A stretch of DNA of 64,000 nucleotides from Parcubacteria group bacterium. GTDB lineage: Bacteria > Patescibacteriota > Minisyncoccia > Moranbacterales > UBA2206. This document shows positions 1 to 8,492 of the stretch, one piece after another (positions within the stretch are counted from its first letter, which is position 1; each line of letters begins with the position of its first letter). The translations under genes were made by a program, and so were the position numbers. The stretch is taken from assembly GCA_041661275.1 (NCBI GenBank), contig JBAZUU010000001.1, positions 101,057 through 165,056 of the forward strand, written 5' to 3'. The notes beneath the pieces were generated by a model, which saw nothing but the letters and a program-made list of their open reading frames with translations, made no database searches and was not told where the DNA came from.

Positions 1-393
1 AAGCACGGGCGTCAGAAACAAGGCTAAAAAAGAATAGCAGTAAAGAGATAAAAAATATGACAATATTTTTTTGTTTTGAAATCATTTTATAAATAACTAT
101 TTGTAGTAATTGATTGCAAAGGCGATACTCGTGTTATGTTTTTATTATGCCATAAATCCGGATAAATTAGAATAGTTAGTCTTAACTAATAATGCGAAAA
201 TAACAGAAAGACGAAGTAATATTAACCAAATCTACCCCTGTATCAACTCTCCCACCCACTTTAAGTAAAACTCAATATTCGGATAAGTTACACTAAGATT
301 TATTTGTCGATAATAGGACCATTTTGAGAGCAAGCAAATTGAAGGCTTATATAAGCCTTCTTTGTTTAACTATATCATTTTTTAATTAATATC

Positions 394-457
394 TTGACTT
401 TTTGTATCATAAATGATACAATTATAGTATAATTTAGAGTATAAATGATACAATTAT
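394..457 (+). promoter_or_regulatory. Putative promoter (TTGACT 394-399, 17-nt spacer, TACAAT 417-422, alternative TATAAT 428-433) with two direct repeats TAAATGATACAATTAT (about 409-426 and 441-458); the second overlaps the start codon. Candidate autoregulatory operator of the HTH-Fic gene.
   Basis: Read directly: sigma-70-like hexamers and a 16-17 bp direct repeat immediately upstream of the ORF at 456. Confidence 0.45.
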
Positions 458-1526
458 GCCAATTTATCCCAAATTAAGCGAAAGGCAAGTTGCCATTGTT
501 GATTTTGCCAAGAAGCAGATATCCTTTCAAACAAAGGACGTTTTTTCTGAAACCGGAAAAAAATTCAATGTCAAGCGACTGACTATTGTTCGCGACCTGT
601 CATTTTTAGAAGAAAATGACATATTGAAAAAGCGCGGAAAAGGAAGATCGATAGCATACGAGATTTCCCGGAAATATTTGGCGCTTGAGAAAATCGACAG
701 TAAAAAATATTTCTCTCTCCCTTTTTTAAATAGAAATGCCAAGCCGTTATTTGATGACGAAATTTTTTCTATATTGAATGACGGTCTTTTTTCACCGGAA
801 GAAATAGAAAAGTTGGAAGAAATAAATAAAAGGTATGTCGAAACAAATAGCAAGCTAGCTAAAGAAAGTCCGGTGATTCTTCGAAAAGAATGGGAACGTT
901 TGATAATAGAATTGTCATGGAAGTCTTCAGAAATTGAAGGTAATACTTATACCTTGCTCGAGACCGAGGCGCTCCTTCGCGAAATGCGTTTCGCGAAAGG
1001 TAAGGATAGGGCGGAAGCACAAATGATTTTGAACCATAAAAAAACGCTTGATTTCATTTTGGCGAATTATGATTACTTTGCCAATATCGACCTTGATAAA
1101 ATTATAAAAATCCATGAGATGCTGACGGAAAAAGTGGATATAAAAAAAGATTTTAGAGATCATCCAGTGGGAATCACCGGAACGATTTACCGGCCTTTGC
1201 CTAAAAGAAAAGATATTGAAACGGCTATGAAAAAATTGACGGAAGTTCTTGAGGCGGTAGCAAATCCATATGTCAAATCTTTTATTGTTCTCGTTATGAT
1301 TGCTTATATCCAACCATTTGAAGACGGAAACAAACGCACGTCGCGCATTGTCGCCAATGCCATTTTACATGCCCATGGCAAATCTATGCTATCCTATCGC
1401 AACGTCGACGCAATCGAGTATAAAAAAGCGATGCTTCTTTTTTATGAGCAAAATAATATTTCATATATAAAAGAAATATTCATTGCTCAATTCGAGTTCG
1501 CGGTGAAAAACTATTTTGAACAATAA
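456..1526 (+). CDS. Fic/Doc-family protein with N-terminal winged-HTH; core motif is QPFEDGNKRTSR (catalytic His replaced by Gln)
   Basis: Translation contains IAYIQPFEDGNKRTSRIVANAIL, aligning to the Fic motif HPFx(D/E)GN(G/K)R but with Q for H. The N-terminal 60 aa look like a wHTH. 356 aa. Confidence 0.75.
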   Translation: MPIYPKLSERQVAIVDFAKKQISFQTKDVFSETGKKFNVKRLTIVRDLSFLEENDILKKRGKGRSIAYEISRKYLALEKIDSKKYFSLPFLNRNAKPLFDDEIFSILNDGLFSPEEIEKLEEINKRYVETNSKLAKESPVILRKEWERLIIELSWKSSEIEGNTYTLLETEALLREMRFAKGKDRAEAQMILNHKKTLDFILANYDYFANIDLDKIIKIHEMLTEKVDIKKDFRDHPVGITGTIYRPLPKRKDIETAMKKLTEVLEAVANPYVKSFIVLVMIAYIQPFEDGNKRTSRIVANAILHAHGKSMLSYRNVDAIEYKKAMLLFYEQNNISYIKEIFIAQFEFAVKNYFEQ

Positions 1527-1540
1527 AAACTATCAGGAAC

Positions 1541-2179
1541 TTGTTGAGCATAAAAAAATCACACAAAATGTTTGGGATAGGAAAAAAAGAACTAAAAATA
1601 TTGAAAAGTCTGAACACTCCCGGAAAGATCCAGGATTTTCTGAATTTGATGCCAATGAATTTCGAGAAAAATGGAGATACCAGCCTTTCTCCTATGTCAG
1701 TTTTGGAAGAAAATACTTGTCATTGTATGGAGGGTGCGGCTCTAGCGGCTTTGGCTCTTCGGATAAATGACTACCCCCCTCTTTTAGTCGATCTTAGAGC
1801 CAACAAGAATGATTTTGACCATGTCATCGCCGTTTTTAAGCGTGACGGCAAGTGGGGTGCCATCTCAAAAACAAACCACGCTGTTCTTCGTTACCGGGAA
1901 CCGATCTACAAATCCATCAGAGAACTGGTCATGAGTTACTTCCATGAATATACGGATGATCATGGAAGAAAAAATTTGAGAAATTTCTCGCGACCCCTGA
2001 ATCTCAAAATTTTTGATAAGCTTGGTTGGATGACAACCAAAGAAGAAATTGACTACATTCCAGAATATCTTGATAAAGTCAGACACTATCCGATTTTAAA
2101 CAGAAAACAAATATGCGGACTCCGAAAGGCAGACGAGATTGAGCGTAAGGCTGGAGATATTATTGAATGGAAAAAATAG
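1541..2179 (+). CDS. Papain-like (peptidase C39-like) cysteine peptidase domain protein, co-operonic with the Fic-like gene
   Basis: Cys motif CHCMEGAALAALAL and downstream His motif DHVIAVFKRDGKW resemble the Cys/His boxes of C39-type peptidases. Starts 15 nt after the Fic stop. Alternative start MFGIGKK at 1568. Confidence 0.45.
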   Translation: MLSIKKSHKMFGIGKKELKILKSLNTPGKIQDFLNLMPMNFEKNGDTSLSPMSVLEENTCHCMEGAALAALALRINDYPPLLVDLRANKNDFDHVIAVFKRDGKWGAISKTNHAVLRYREPIYKSIRELVMSYFHEYTDDHGRKNLRNFSRPLNLKIFDKLGWMTTKEEIDYIPEYLDKVRHYPILNRKQICGLRKADEIERKAGDIIEWKK

Positions 2180-2210
2180 AGGCCTCTTTTGAGGCCTCTA
2201 TTTTTTTCCT
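2177..2210. terminator. Bidirectional rho-independent terminator (AGAGGCCTC tttt GAGGCCTCT plus T-run; A-run on the other side)
   Basis: Perfect 9-bp stem 2178-2200 flanked by T-run (plus) and A-run (minus). Lies between the convergent 1541..2179 gene and the helicase stop at 2209. Confidence 0.8.
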
Positions 2211-3414
2211 AATTCACAAAAGTCAGCGCGATTCCTTTTTGCTCCGCGCGGCCAGTGCGGCCGATGCGGTGGATATAGTCGTCATATGTCGCCGGAAGAT
2301 CAAAATTGATGACATGGCTGACGTTCGGAATATCCAAGCCTCTTGCCGCTACATCAGTGGCAACCAAAATTTCGACAACATTATCCTTGAACATTTTGAG
2401 CGCGCGTTGCCTTTTCGCTTGAGATTTATTACCATGGATACATTCTGATTTGAAACCCTTGAGATGTAAATTTTTTGACAACTTGTCCGCGCCGTGTTTG
2501 GTACGGGTAAAAATCAACACTTTTTGAAATTCCACTTGGTTCAAAAGATCGTGAAGCACTTCCGATTTATCCTTGCCCATAGTCACCCGGACGATATCCT
2601 GGTCAACAAGAGCCGAGGTTTCTCCGGTCTTTATGGAAATGCGTTCTGGATTATTCAGAAATTGTCTTGTCAAATTCTCGATCTCTCTGGAAAACGTAGC
2701 GGAAAAAAGCATCGTCTGTCTTTTTTTGGAGACGAGAGATAAAAATAATTTCACATCCGGCAAAAATCCCATATCAAACATCCGGTCAGCTTCGTCCAAA
2801 ACGATATTATTAAATCCTGATAAATTAAGCACCTTTCGGGTGATCAGATCTTTTAGACGTCCGGGTGTACCGATAACCATATTATGCCGCAATCGGAGTT
2901 CGGAAATTTGTCTTCCGATGTTAGCGCCACCAACAACAACCACGGAATAGAGGCGAAGCGCACGAGCCAAAGCGATAAATTCGTCCTGGATTTGGATAGC
3001 CAGCTCGCGAGTCGGAACAACGATAAGCACTTTTTCCCTTGGGTTCAAAAGTATTTTGTTAATCATCGGGATAAGAAAAGCGGCTGTTTTTCCAGTGCCG
3101 GTATTAGCCAGACCAATAACATCTCGCCCGGAAAGAACTGCCGGAATAGCCATATCCTGGATAGGAGTAGGCGTGACATATCCGCGGTTTTTTATCGTCT
3201 GCTTCAGTTCGCGTCGGATCTCAAGATCATTAAATGTATAACGAGGCACAAAAACTTCGACAGGTTTTAGTGCTTCAGTTTTATTGATAAAACGATTGAT
3301 GTCGATCGCATCGCCAGAAAATCGTCCTCTTTTTGGATGATTGTAACTAGTTCCTGGCGGTCTTTTCCAACCGCTAGCGGCGCGCGCCAAACGCGCGTTG
3401 TTTCTTCTTCTCAT
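2209..3414 (-). CDS. DEAD-box ATP-dependent RNA helicase (RhlE/CshA-like) with Arg/Gly-rich N-terminal extension
   Basis: Motifs TPTPIQ (Q-motif), ANTGTGKTAAF (Walker A), DEADRM, SAT and HRIGRTGRAG-like motif VI in order. 401 aa. Confidence 0.9.
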   Translation of the reverse strand: MRRRNNARLARAASGWKRPPGTSYNHPKRGRFSGDAIDINRFINKTEALKPVEVFVPRYTFNDLEIRRELKQTIKNRGYVTPTPIQDMAIPAVLSGRDVIGLANTGTGKTAAFLIPMINKILLNPREKVLIVVPTRELAIQIQDEFIALARALRLYSVVVVGGANIGRQISELRLRHNMVIGTPGRLKDLITRKVLNLSGFNNIVLDEADRMFDMGFLPDVKLFLSLVSKKRQTMLFSATFSREIENLTRQFLNNPERISIKTGETSALVDQDIVRVTMGKDKSEVLHDLLNQVEFQKVLIFTRTKHGADKLSKNLHLKGFKSECIHGNKSQAKRQRALKMFKDNVVEILVATDVAARGLDIPNVSHVINFDLPATYDDYIHRIGRTGRAEQKGIALTFVN

Positions 3415-3619
3415 TTACTTTGTCTCAAGCTCGAAGTCCAACTTTGCACCTTACAATTTTGCGCCGGAGCTTAAACATAAAAATTAATATTTTATGTTTA
3501 TATACTCCGACCATTTCAAGAAAGAAGTATTAACATAAAAAGCAAGTATATCACTCCTGACTCATCTTGTCAAGGCATCGATAGAAAAATCCAAAAAACA
3601 ATGTTAGGATAGGTTTATT

Positions 3620-4888
3620 ATGAACACCAGCAAAAAAGAGGAATATTTTGATATCGTCGTCATCGGTGGCGGGGCGGCCGGGATGATGGCAGCGATAGCT
3701 GCCAGTTTTGATGGCGCAAAAATGGCTCTGATCGAGAAAAATAGGACTCTTGGAAAAAAATTGCTTCTCACTGGCAACGGCCGGTGCAATATCACCCAGA
3801 TTAGTTTCGATACCCGCGGATTTATTGAAAAAATTGGCAAAAATGGCAGATTTCTCTTCTCTTCCCTGGCGGCTTTCGGTCCCAATGAAACAGTGGAATT
3901 TTTTGCCAGTTTAGGCCTTGAAGTGAAAACAGAAAAAAATGGCCGGGTTTTCCCAGCAAGTGACAAAGCGCAGGATGTTCTTCATGTCCTTGAAAAAGCC
4001 CTGAAAAAGAATGGGGTGAAAATTATGTTTAACCATAATGTCCTTGATCTAAAAATAAAAGATAAAAAAATAGAATACGTAGAGCTGGAAAACAAAAAGA
4101 TTTATGCCGATAATTTTATCATTACGACTGGAGGAAAATCATATCCGGTGACCGGCTCCACTGGAGACGGATACCTGTGGCTCGCGCGTATCGGACATAA
4201 AATAAATTCCCCCACTCCCGCTCTTGTGCCTGTAAAAATAGTTGAATCCTGGATCAAGGATCTGCAAGGAATAAGTCTTGCGCAGACTGGAATAAAATTG
4301 ATCCAAAATGGCAAAAAGGTGAAACTGGATCCGGGAGAGATTATTTTCACCCATTTTGGGATGAGCGGACCGGCTATCATTAATGCCAGCAAAACTATTG
4401 GCGAATATCTAAAAAAAGGCAAGGTATTCCTGGAAATTGACCTGCTCCCCACTCTGGGCATAGCCGAACTGGAAGAAAAATTAAAAAAAGACTTTGAGAT
4501 ACATAAGAAAAAAGATCTAAAAAATTATTTATCAGAAATATTTCCACGAAAGTTAGCAGTAAAATTGATAGAACTGTCCGGAATAGAAATTACCAGAAAA
4601 ATTTACACAATTGCAAAATCAGAAAGAAACAACTTGGCCCGACTGATAAAAAATATTTGTGTAACTGTCAACGCGCTTTTGGATTTCGGGAGCGCCATGA
4701 TAACTTCCGGCGGAGTGGATCTAAAAGAAGTTGAACCCAAGACAATGCGTTCAAAGATCGTCCCTAATCTATTTTTAGCCGGAGAAATTTTGGATCTCGA
4801 TGGCCCGACTGGCGGATATAATCTGCAGATCGCCTGGACAACAGGACGCACGGCTGGCATCAGCGCGAGAGACAAAAAAGGCCTCTAA
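3620..4888 (+). CDS. BaiN/HI0933-like NAD(FAD)-utilizing flavoprotein (aminoacetone oxidase family)
   Basis: N-terminal FAD fold VVIGGGAAGMMAAI plus TGNGRCN motif typical of the HI0933/YhiN family. 422 aa. Confidence 0.8.
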   Translation: MNTSKKEEYFDIVVIGGGAAGMMAAIAASFDGAKMALIEKNRTLGKKLLLTGNGRCNITQISFDTRGFIEKIGKNGRFLFSSLAAFGPNETVEFFASLGLEVKTEKNGRVFPASDKAQDVLHVLEKALKKNGVKIMFNHNVLDLKIKDKKIEYVELENKKIYADNFIITTGGKSYPVTGSTGDGYLWLARIGHKINSPTPALVPVKIVESWIKDLQGISLAQTGIKLIQNGKKVKLDPGEIIFTHFGMSGPAIINASKTIGEYLKKGKVFLEIDLLPTLGIAELEEKLKKDFEIHKKKDLKNYLSEIFPRKLAVKLIELSGIEITRKIYTIAKSERNNLARLIKNICVTVNALLDFGSAMITSGGVDLKEVEPKTMRSKIVPNLFLAGEILDLDGPTGGYNLQIAWTTGRTAGISARDKKGL

Positions 4889-4910
4889 TAAGCCATGCCA
4901 TAAACATCGC

Positions 4911-4939
4911 TTGACAAATGCCCATAATAGACATATAAT
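4911..4939 (+). promoter_or_regulatory. Consensus sigma-70 promoter for cspA (TTGACA 4911-4916, 17 nt, TATAAT 4934-4939), followed by an approximately 100-nt 5'UTR
   Basis: Perfect -35/-10 hexamers with 17-nt spacing. Long leaders are typical of cold-shock genes. Confidence 0.65.
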
Positions 4940-5039
4940 TGGTTACAAGTCCCAATAAGCATGCAGGTAGAAGACTAGTCGAACTTTTTTGCACAGCTTC
5001 CAATGGTACTAAATTTAATTAAAATATTGTCTATTACAA

Positions 5040-5243
5040 ATGGAACAAGGAACAATCAAAAGACTGACTGACCGAGGATTTGGCTTCATTGCCAGAGAAG
5101 GTCAGGACAAAGATCTTTTTTTCCACTCAAAAGAACTTCAGGGCGTGACCTTTGAAGAACTGCGAGAAGGTGACAAAGTTCAGTTCGAAGTGGCTGAAGG
5201 CCCTAAAGGACCGAACGCTGTCAACGTATCAAAAGTTGCCTAA
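5040..5243 (+). CDS. cspA: Cold-shock protein (CspA family, S1-like cold-shock domain)
   Basis: RGFGFI and LFFHxSEL RNP-like motifs. 67 aa. Confidence 0.9.
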   Translation: MEQGTIKRLTDRGFGFIAREGQDKDLFFHSKELQGVTFEELREGDKVQFEVAEGPKGPNAVNVSKVA

Positions 5244-5261
5244 ACACTTTTGAAGTATTTA

Positions 5262-5298
5262 ACAAAAACCACCCTGTGAAAGCGGGGTGGTTTTTTGT
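5262..5298 (+). terminator. Rho-independent terminator (CCACCC ... GGGTGG plus T-run)
   Basis: Hairpin 5269-5290 followed by TTTTTT. Confidence 0.8.
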
Positions 5299-5309
5299 TT
5301 TATTATCTT

Positions 5310-5415
5310 AGGACTCGCGCGTTGACCGCTATTCCAACTTTTCAAAAAGCTAAGCTTTATGGACAAGCCCAGGCATTTCAAAAAGCTTAGCTTTGAGGAA
5401 ATGCTAACGATAGTA
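5310..5415. repeat. Copy A of an approximately 105-bp intergenic repeat (AGGACTCGCGCGTTGACCGCTATT...TTTCAAAAAGCTAAGCTTT...TTTCAAAAAGCTTAGCTTTGAGG...)
   Basis: About 85 percent identical to 7251-7358. Each copy contains two sub-repeats TTTCAAAAAGCT(A/T)AGC(T/C)TT and follows a rho-independent terminator. Confidence 0.85.
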
Positions 5416-5455
5416 GCTGCGCAAATCCTGTATTGAAAAAATATTCGGGGATTTT

Positions 5456-5956
5456 CTATTTCACCGGAATATTTTTCTCCATTTCTTTTTGAAATTCTTC
5501 CGGATCAGGCATGCTTTCCCGAAAATCCTGTGATTTTTTCTCCCACTCTTCGCTTTCTTTACTAAATTTATCAGCACTTTCCTCTATCTCATTTAGGATC
5601 GAGTTATTATTTATCCGATTATTTATTTCTTTTTTCGCTTCCCTTATTCCCCACCATCCGAGACCAACTACGGCAACTAATATAAGAATGACGATCAAAA
5701 GACATCCGCCGATGATCCACGGCCAAGGACTGCTGGATTTAGGAGGCACAGGAGTTGCTGGCGGCGCAGCTGGCGCGGGCGGGTAATAAACAGGAGGAGG
5801 GGTCGGAGTTGGTTGAGGTGCTGGCGGCGGCATTACTGGAGCTAGTGGTGGAGCGGGCATCGGTTGCGGCGTCATCGGAGCTGGTGCCATCGGTTGAGGA
5901 ACCACTGGCGGTGGCGCCACCGGAGCTGGCGCGGGAGCTTGGTTTTGTTGTTCCAT
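5456..5956 (-). CDS. Proline-rich single-pass membrane protein (hypothetical)
   Basis: N-terminal PAPAPVAPPPVVP low-complexity region, one TM helix, acidic C-terminal tail. 166 aa. Codon-level repeats. Confidence 0.5.
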   Translation of the reverse strand: MEQQNQAPAPAPVAPPPVVPQPMAPAPMTPQPMPAPPLAPVMPPPAPQPTPTPPPVYYPPAPAAPPATPVPPKSSSPWPWIIGGCLLIVILILVAVVGLGWWGIREAKKEINNRINNNSILNEIEESADKFSKESEEWEKKSQDFRESMPDPEEFQKEMEKNIPVK

Positions 5957-6071
5957 ATTTTTGTTTTTATTATTGCCGTTTACATAGAAAATATAGCATA
6001 AAATTTAATTTTTAAAAATGCCGACTGGTTTTTTATTTGAAAAAATCCGGTTTTTGGCGGATAATGAAGCT

Positions 6072-6419
6072 ATGGAAACAAAACAAAAAATTATCCATTG
6101 GCTGCCGAGAATTTTGAGCTTTGGTTACGTTCTCTTTTTTTCACTCTTCGCGTTTGACGTTTTTAGCGGTCCTTTCAGCTGGACAATGATCCTGGCTTTC
6201 GCTGTCCACCTTCTCCCGTCTTTTCTTCTTCTTATAGCCATCGTTGTTTCCTGGAAATATGATCTTTTTGGTTTTTTTATCTTTTTTGGTTTCGCTGTCG
6301 GATATGTTTTTATGGTCGGCTTTGACCGGCCTTGGAGCTGGTATGCCGCCATCTCCGGCCCCTCGGCCGTTGTCGGGATCCTTTATCTTCTTAGCTGGCG
6401 CCAGAGGAAACATCATTGA
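6072..6419 (+). CDS. Small integral membrane protein (3-4 TM, hypothetical)
   Basis: Start moved to METKQK (ATG 6072). Hydrophobic throughout. 115 aa. Confidence 0.45.
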   Translation: METKQKIIHWLPRILSFGYVLFFSLFAFDVFSGPFSWTMILAFAVHLLPSFLLLIAIVVSWKYDLFGFFIFFGFAVGYVFMVGFDRPWSWYAAISGPSAVVGILYLLSWRQRKHH

Positions 6420-6423
6420 AGAA

Positions 6424-6500
6424 TAGATTATTGTTAACGTGTTGACAATAGCATTAACGTATGTTAACATAGTGACAGAGAAGTTAACTAATATAAAGCC
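6424..6500 (+). promoter_or_regulatory. Promoter/operator with clustered GTTAAC half-sites (TTGTTAACgtGTTGACAatagcaTTAACgtatGTTAACAtagtgacagagaaGTTAACtaat); TTGACA at 6442-6447
   Basis: Five GTTAAC/TTAAC palindromic motifs within 70 bp upstream of the HTH-Doc operon. Confidence 0.4.
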
Positions 6501-6507
6501 CTTGTTT

Positions 6508-6765
6508 GTGAGTAAAAATGGCTTTTTTTCAACAACTGAAGCAGCAAAAATACTCGGAATCAGCCGGATTGCCGTGTTTAACCGTGTAAAAAGAGGCTCT
6601 CTGAAAGCTATCCGGATAGGCAAAAACTGGGCAATTCCCAAGGAAGAGCTGGAAAATAATCTGGGTCGTCCGCTAAGCGAGGAGGAAAAACGAATATTGT
6701 TAGAGGGTGTCCGTAAAGTTATTGCCGAATATGGAGAAACTTTGCGGAGACTAGGCAAAGAATAG
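6508..6765 (+). CDS. HTH_17/excisionase-type DNA-binding protein; putative antitoxin of the downstream Doc toxin
   Basis: STTEAAKILGISRIAVFNRVKRGSLKAIRIGKNWAIPKEEL is a MerR/excisionase-family HTH. Stop is 2 nt before the Doc start. The start codon is uncertain (GTG 6508, TTG 6502 or GTG 6439). Confidence 0.6.
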   Translation: MSKNGFFSTTEAAKILGISRIAVFNRVKRGSLKAIRIGKNWAIPKEELENNLGRPLSEEEKRILLEGVRKVIAEYGETLRRLGKE

Positions 6766-6767
6766 TT

Positions 6768-7190
6768 ATGATCAAAAGACTGACGATCATCGAAATAGAA
6801 TTCATCGCTCACGCGATGGCCAGGGAAACATTGGCGTGGAACGAACCGATCCCCGACTTTTCAACGCGCTATCCGGGAAAACTGGAAAGTTGCCTGGCGA
6901 TGCCGTTTCAAAAATTTTCCAGAAAAAATTTATATGAAGGTCTTATTGGAAAGGCAGCCATTATGTTCTATCTGATGATTAAAAATCATCCCTTTCAAAA
7001 CGGCAACAAGCGTATCGCGGTCACTACGCTTCTTTTGCTTCTCTACAAAAATGGAAAGTGGATCAGCGCTTCCAATGAAACTTTATATCGGTTCGCTGTT
7101 CTCGTCGCCCAAAGTCCGGCTGAACTGAAAAAAGAAATTGTCATTCTCATTGAAAATTTCTTGGAGAAATATGTGAAAGATGCAAAATAG
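6768..7190 (+). CDS. doc: Doc (death-on-curing) family toxin, Fic fold with HPFQNGNKR motif
   Basis: Canonical Doc motif NHPFQNGNKRIAVT. 140 aa. Adjacent to a small DNA-binding partner. Confidence 0.8.
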   Translation: MIKRLTIIEIEFIAHAMARETLAWNEPIPDFSTRYPGKLESCLAMPFQKFSRKNLYEGLIGKAAIMFYLMIKNHPFQNGNKRIAVTTLLLLLYKNGKWISASNETLYRFAVLVAQSPAELKKEIVILIENFLEKYVKDAK

Positions 7191-7207
7191 GGCAGCTGGA
7201 ATTTCAA

Positions 7208-7245
7208 TTAGAGATTAAAAAACCGGCATCGCCGGATTTTTGTGT
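7208..7245 (+). terminator. Rho-independent terminator (CCGGC atcg CCGG plus T-run)
   Basis: Hairpin AAAAACCGGCATCGCCGGATTTTTGTG after the Doc stop. Confidence 0.7.
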
Positions 7246-7250
7246 CTTTA

Positions 7251-7358
7251 AGGACTCGCATGTTTGCCGCTATTTTAGCTTTTCAAAAAAGCTAAGCTTT
7301 AGGGAAAAGCCCCGGCGTTTCAAAAAACTTAGCCTTGAGGAGATGCCAACGGTAACAA
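7251..7358. repeat. Copy B of the approximately 105-bp intergenic repeat (see 5310-5415)
   Basis: Direct repeat in the same orientation as copy A. Together they bracket the 5416-7250 segment carrying the HTH-Doc pair. Confidence 0.85.
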
Positions 7359-7374
7359 ACGCACGAGTTCCATT

Positions 7375-7539
7375 TCATTTCCTCCAATCGCTGATTTCCA
7401 ACTTTCCCCTGCCTTTGTCTTTGATGACTAGCTTCTGCTTTTCCTTCCAGCCATATTTTTCCACCATCTCCTTGGGGATGGTCACGGAATAGCTATACAC
7501 GCTGGATTTTTTGAGTTTGATGATGTTTTTTTCTTTCAT
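7375..7539 (-). CDS. AbrB/MazE/SpoVT-type swapped-hairpin DNA-binding protein (54 aa, below the ORF-track cutoff); orphan antitoxin-like
   Basis: Manual translation MKEKNIIKLKKSSVYSYSVTIPKEMVEKYGWKEKQKLVIKDKGRGKLEISDWRK. The VTIPKE motif fits the AbrB/MazE fold. ATG at 7539, stop at 7375. Confidence 0.5.
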   Translation of the reverse strand: MKEKNIIKLKKSSVYSYSVTIPKEMVEKYGWKEKQKLVIKDKGRGKLEISDWRK

Positions 7540-7733
7540 ATTTTTTATTTTAATTATTTTTTAGAGGCCTCTATAGTTGCTTCTATTTTATCTTACCACC
7601 GCCCGGTTGGGAAATCCAGAAGTGATGAATACTTGAAAAAATTCAAATTTTGACGGATAATACAGCAGCGGGATGGCATTCAACTGGAAATGAATTAACC
7701 CGCCCCTCCTAAATATTATTGTATTAAGTTTAT

Positions 7734-8387
7734 ATGGACGATATTCAGTTGGAAAAATTATTAAAAGATTTAATTTCGCTTCCCCACAATGAAGAAATTT
7801 CCAAAGCATTAAGAAAAGAAGTTAAGATGTACCCCGAAGTTGCCATCCGTGAATTTGTTGCCAACGCGCTTATCCATCAAGATCTTTCGATATCCGGCGC
7901 GGGACCAATGATAGAAATATTTGATAATCGTATAGAAATTACCAATACTGGTGAGCCACTAATTGAGACTGATAGATTTATTGACCACCCGCCTCGCTCT
8001 CGAAATGAAGACATGGCATCTTTTATGCGGCAAGTTGGTGTCTGTGAAGAAGGAGGCACTGGTATCGATCGGGCATTAATTAACATAGCCTTATATCAAT
8101 TACCCGCTCCTAGTTTTGAAAAGTTTGACAACTTCACTAAGATTACCTTGTACGCTCATAAGGATTTAAAAGAAATGACATTGGATGATAAAGTACGCGC
8201 CTGTTTTCAACATTGTGTTTTAAAGCATATTGAAAAATCAAGAATGACAAACGCAACTCTCAGAGAACGACTTGGTATCGGCGAAAAAAATTATCCGGCC
8301 GCCTCCGCAATTATCAAGGCAACAATAAAAAAAGGATTCATTAAAGAATCGGAAAAGCCAAAAGAATATGTTCCAATTTGGGCTTAA
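7734..8387 (+). CDS. HATPase_c_4-type (RecG C-terminal-like) putative transcriptional regulator lacking the AlbA_2/Schlafen N-domain
   Basis: IREFVANALIHQD ... IEITNTGEPL ... RSRNEDMASFMRQVGVCEEGGTGIDR matches the PF13749-like ATPase-like DNA-binding family. 217 aa. Confidence 0.6.
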   Translation: MDDIQLEKLLKDLISLPHNEEISKALRKEVKMYPEVAIREFVANALIHQDLSISGAGPMIEIFDNRIEITNTGEPLIETDRFIDHPPRSRNEDMASFMRQVGVCEEGGTGIDRALINIALYQLPAPSFEKFDNFTKITLYAHKDLKEMTLDDKVRACFQHCVLKHIEKSRMTNATLRERLGIGEKNYPAASAIIKATIKKGFIKESEKPKEYVPIWA

Positions 8388-8492
8388 AAACCATGTAGTG
8401 ATTTTGTCAACTTTATTGCTATTTTACCAAAAAATGCCTTATATATGCCAAATATCATGTAGTAGCCATGTAGCACAATTCAACTAATAACC

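Noticed and set aside
6141-6812. 223-aa minus-strand ORF
   Set aside because: It runs antisense across three plus-strand genes with motifs (membrane protein, HTH, Doc) and is low-complexity. It is spurious.
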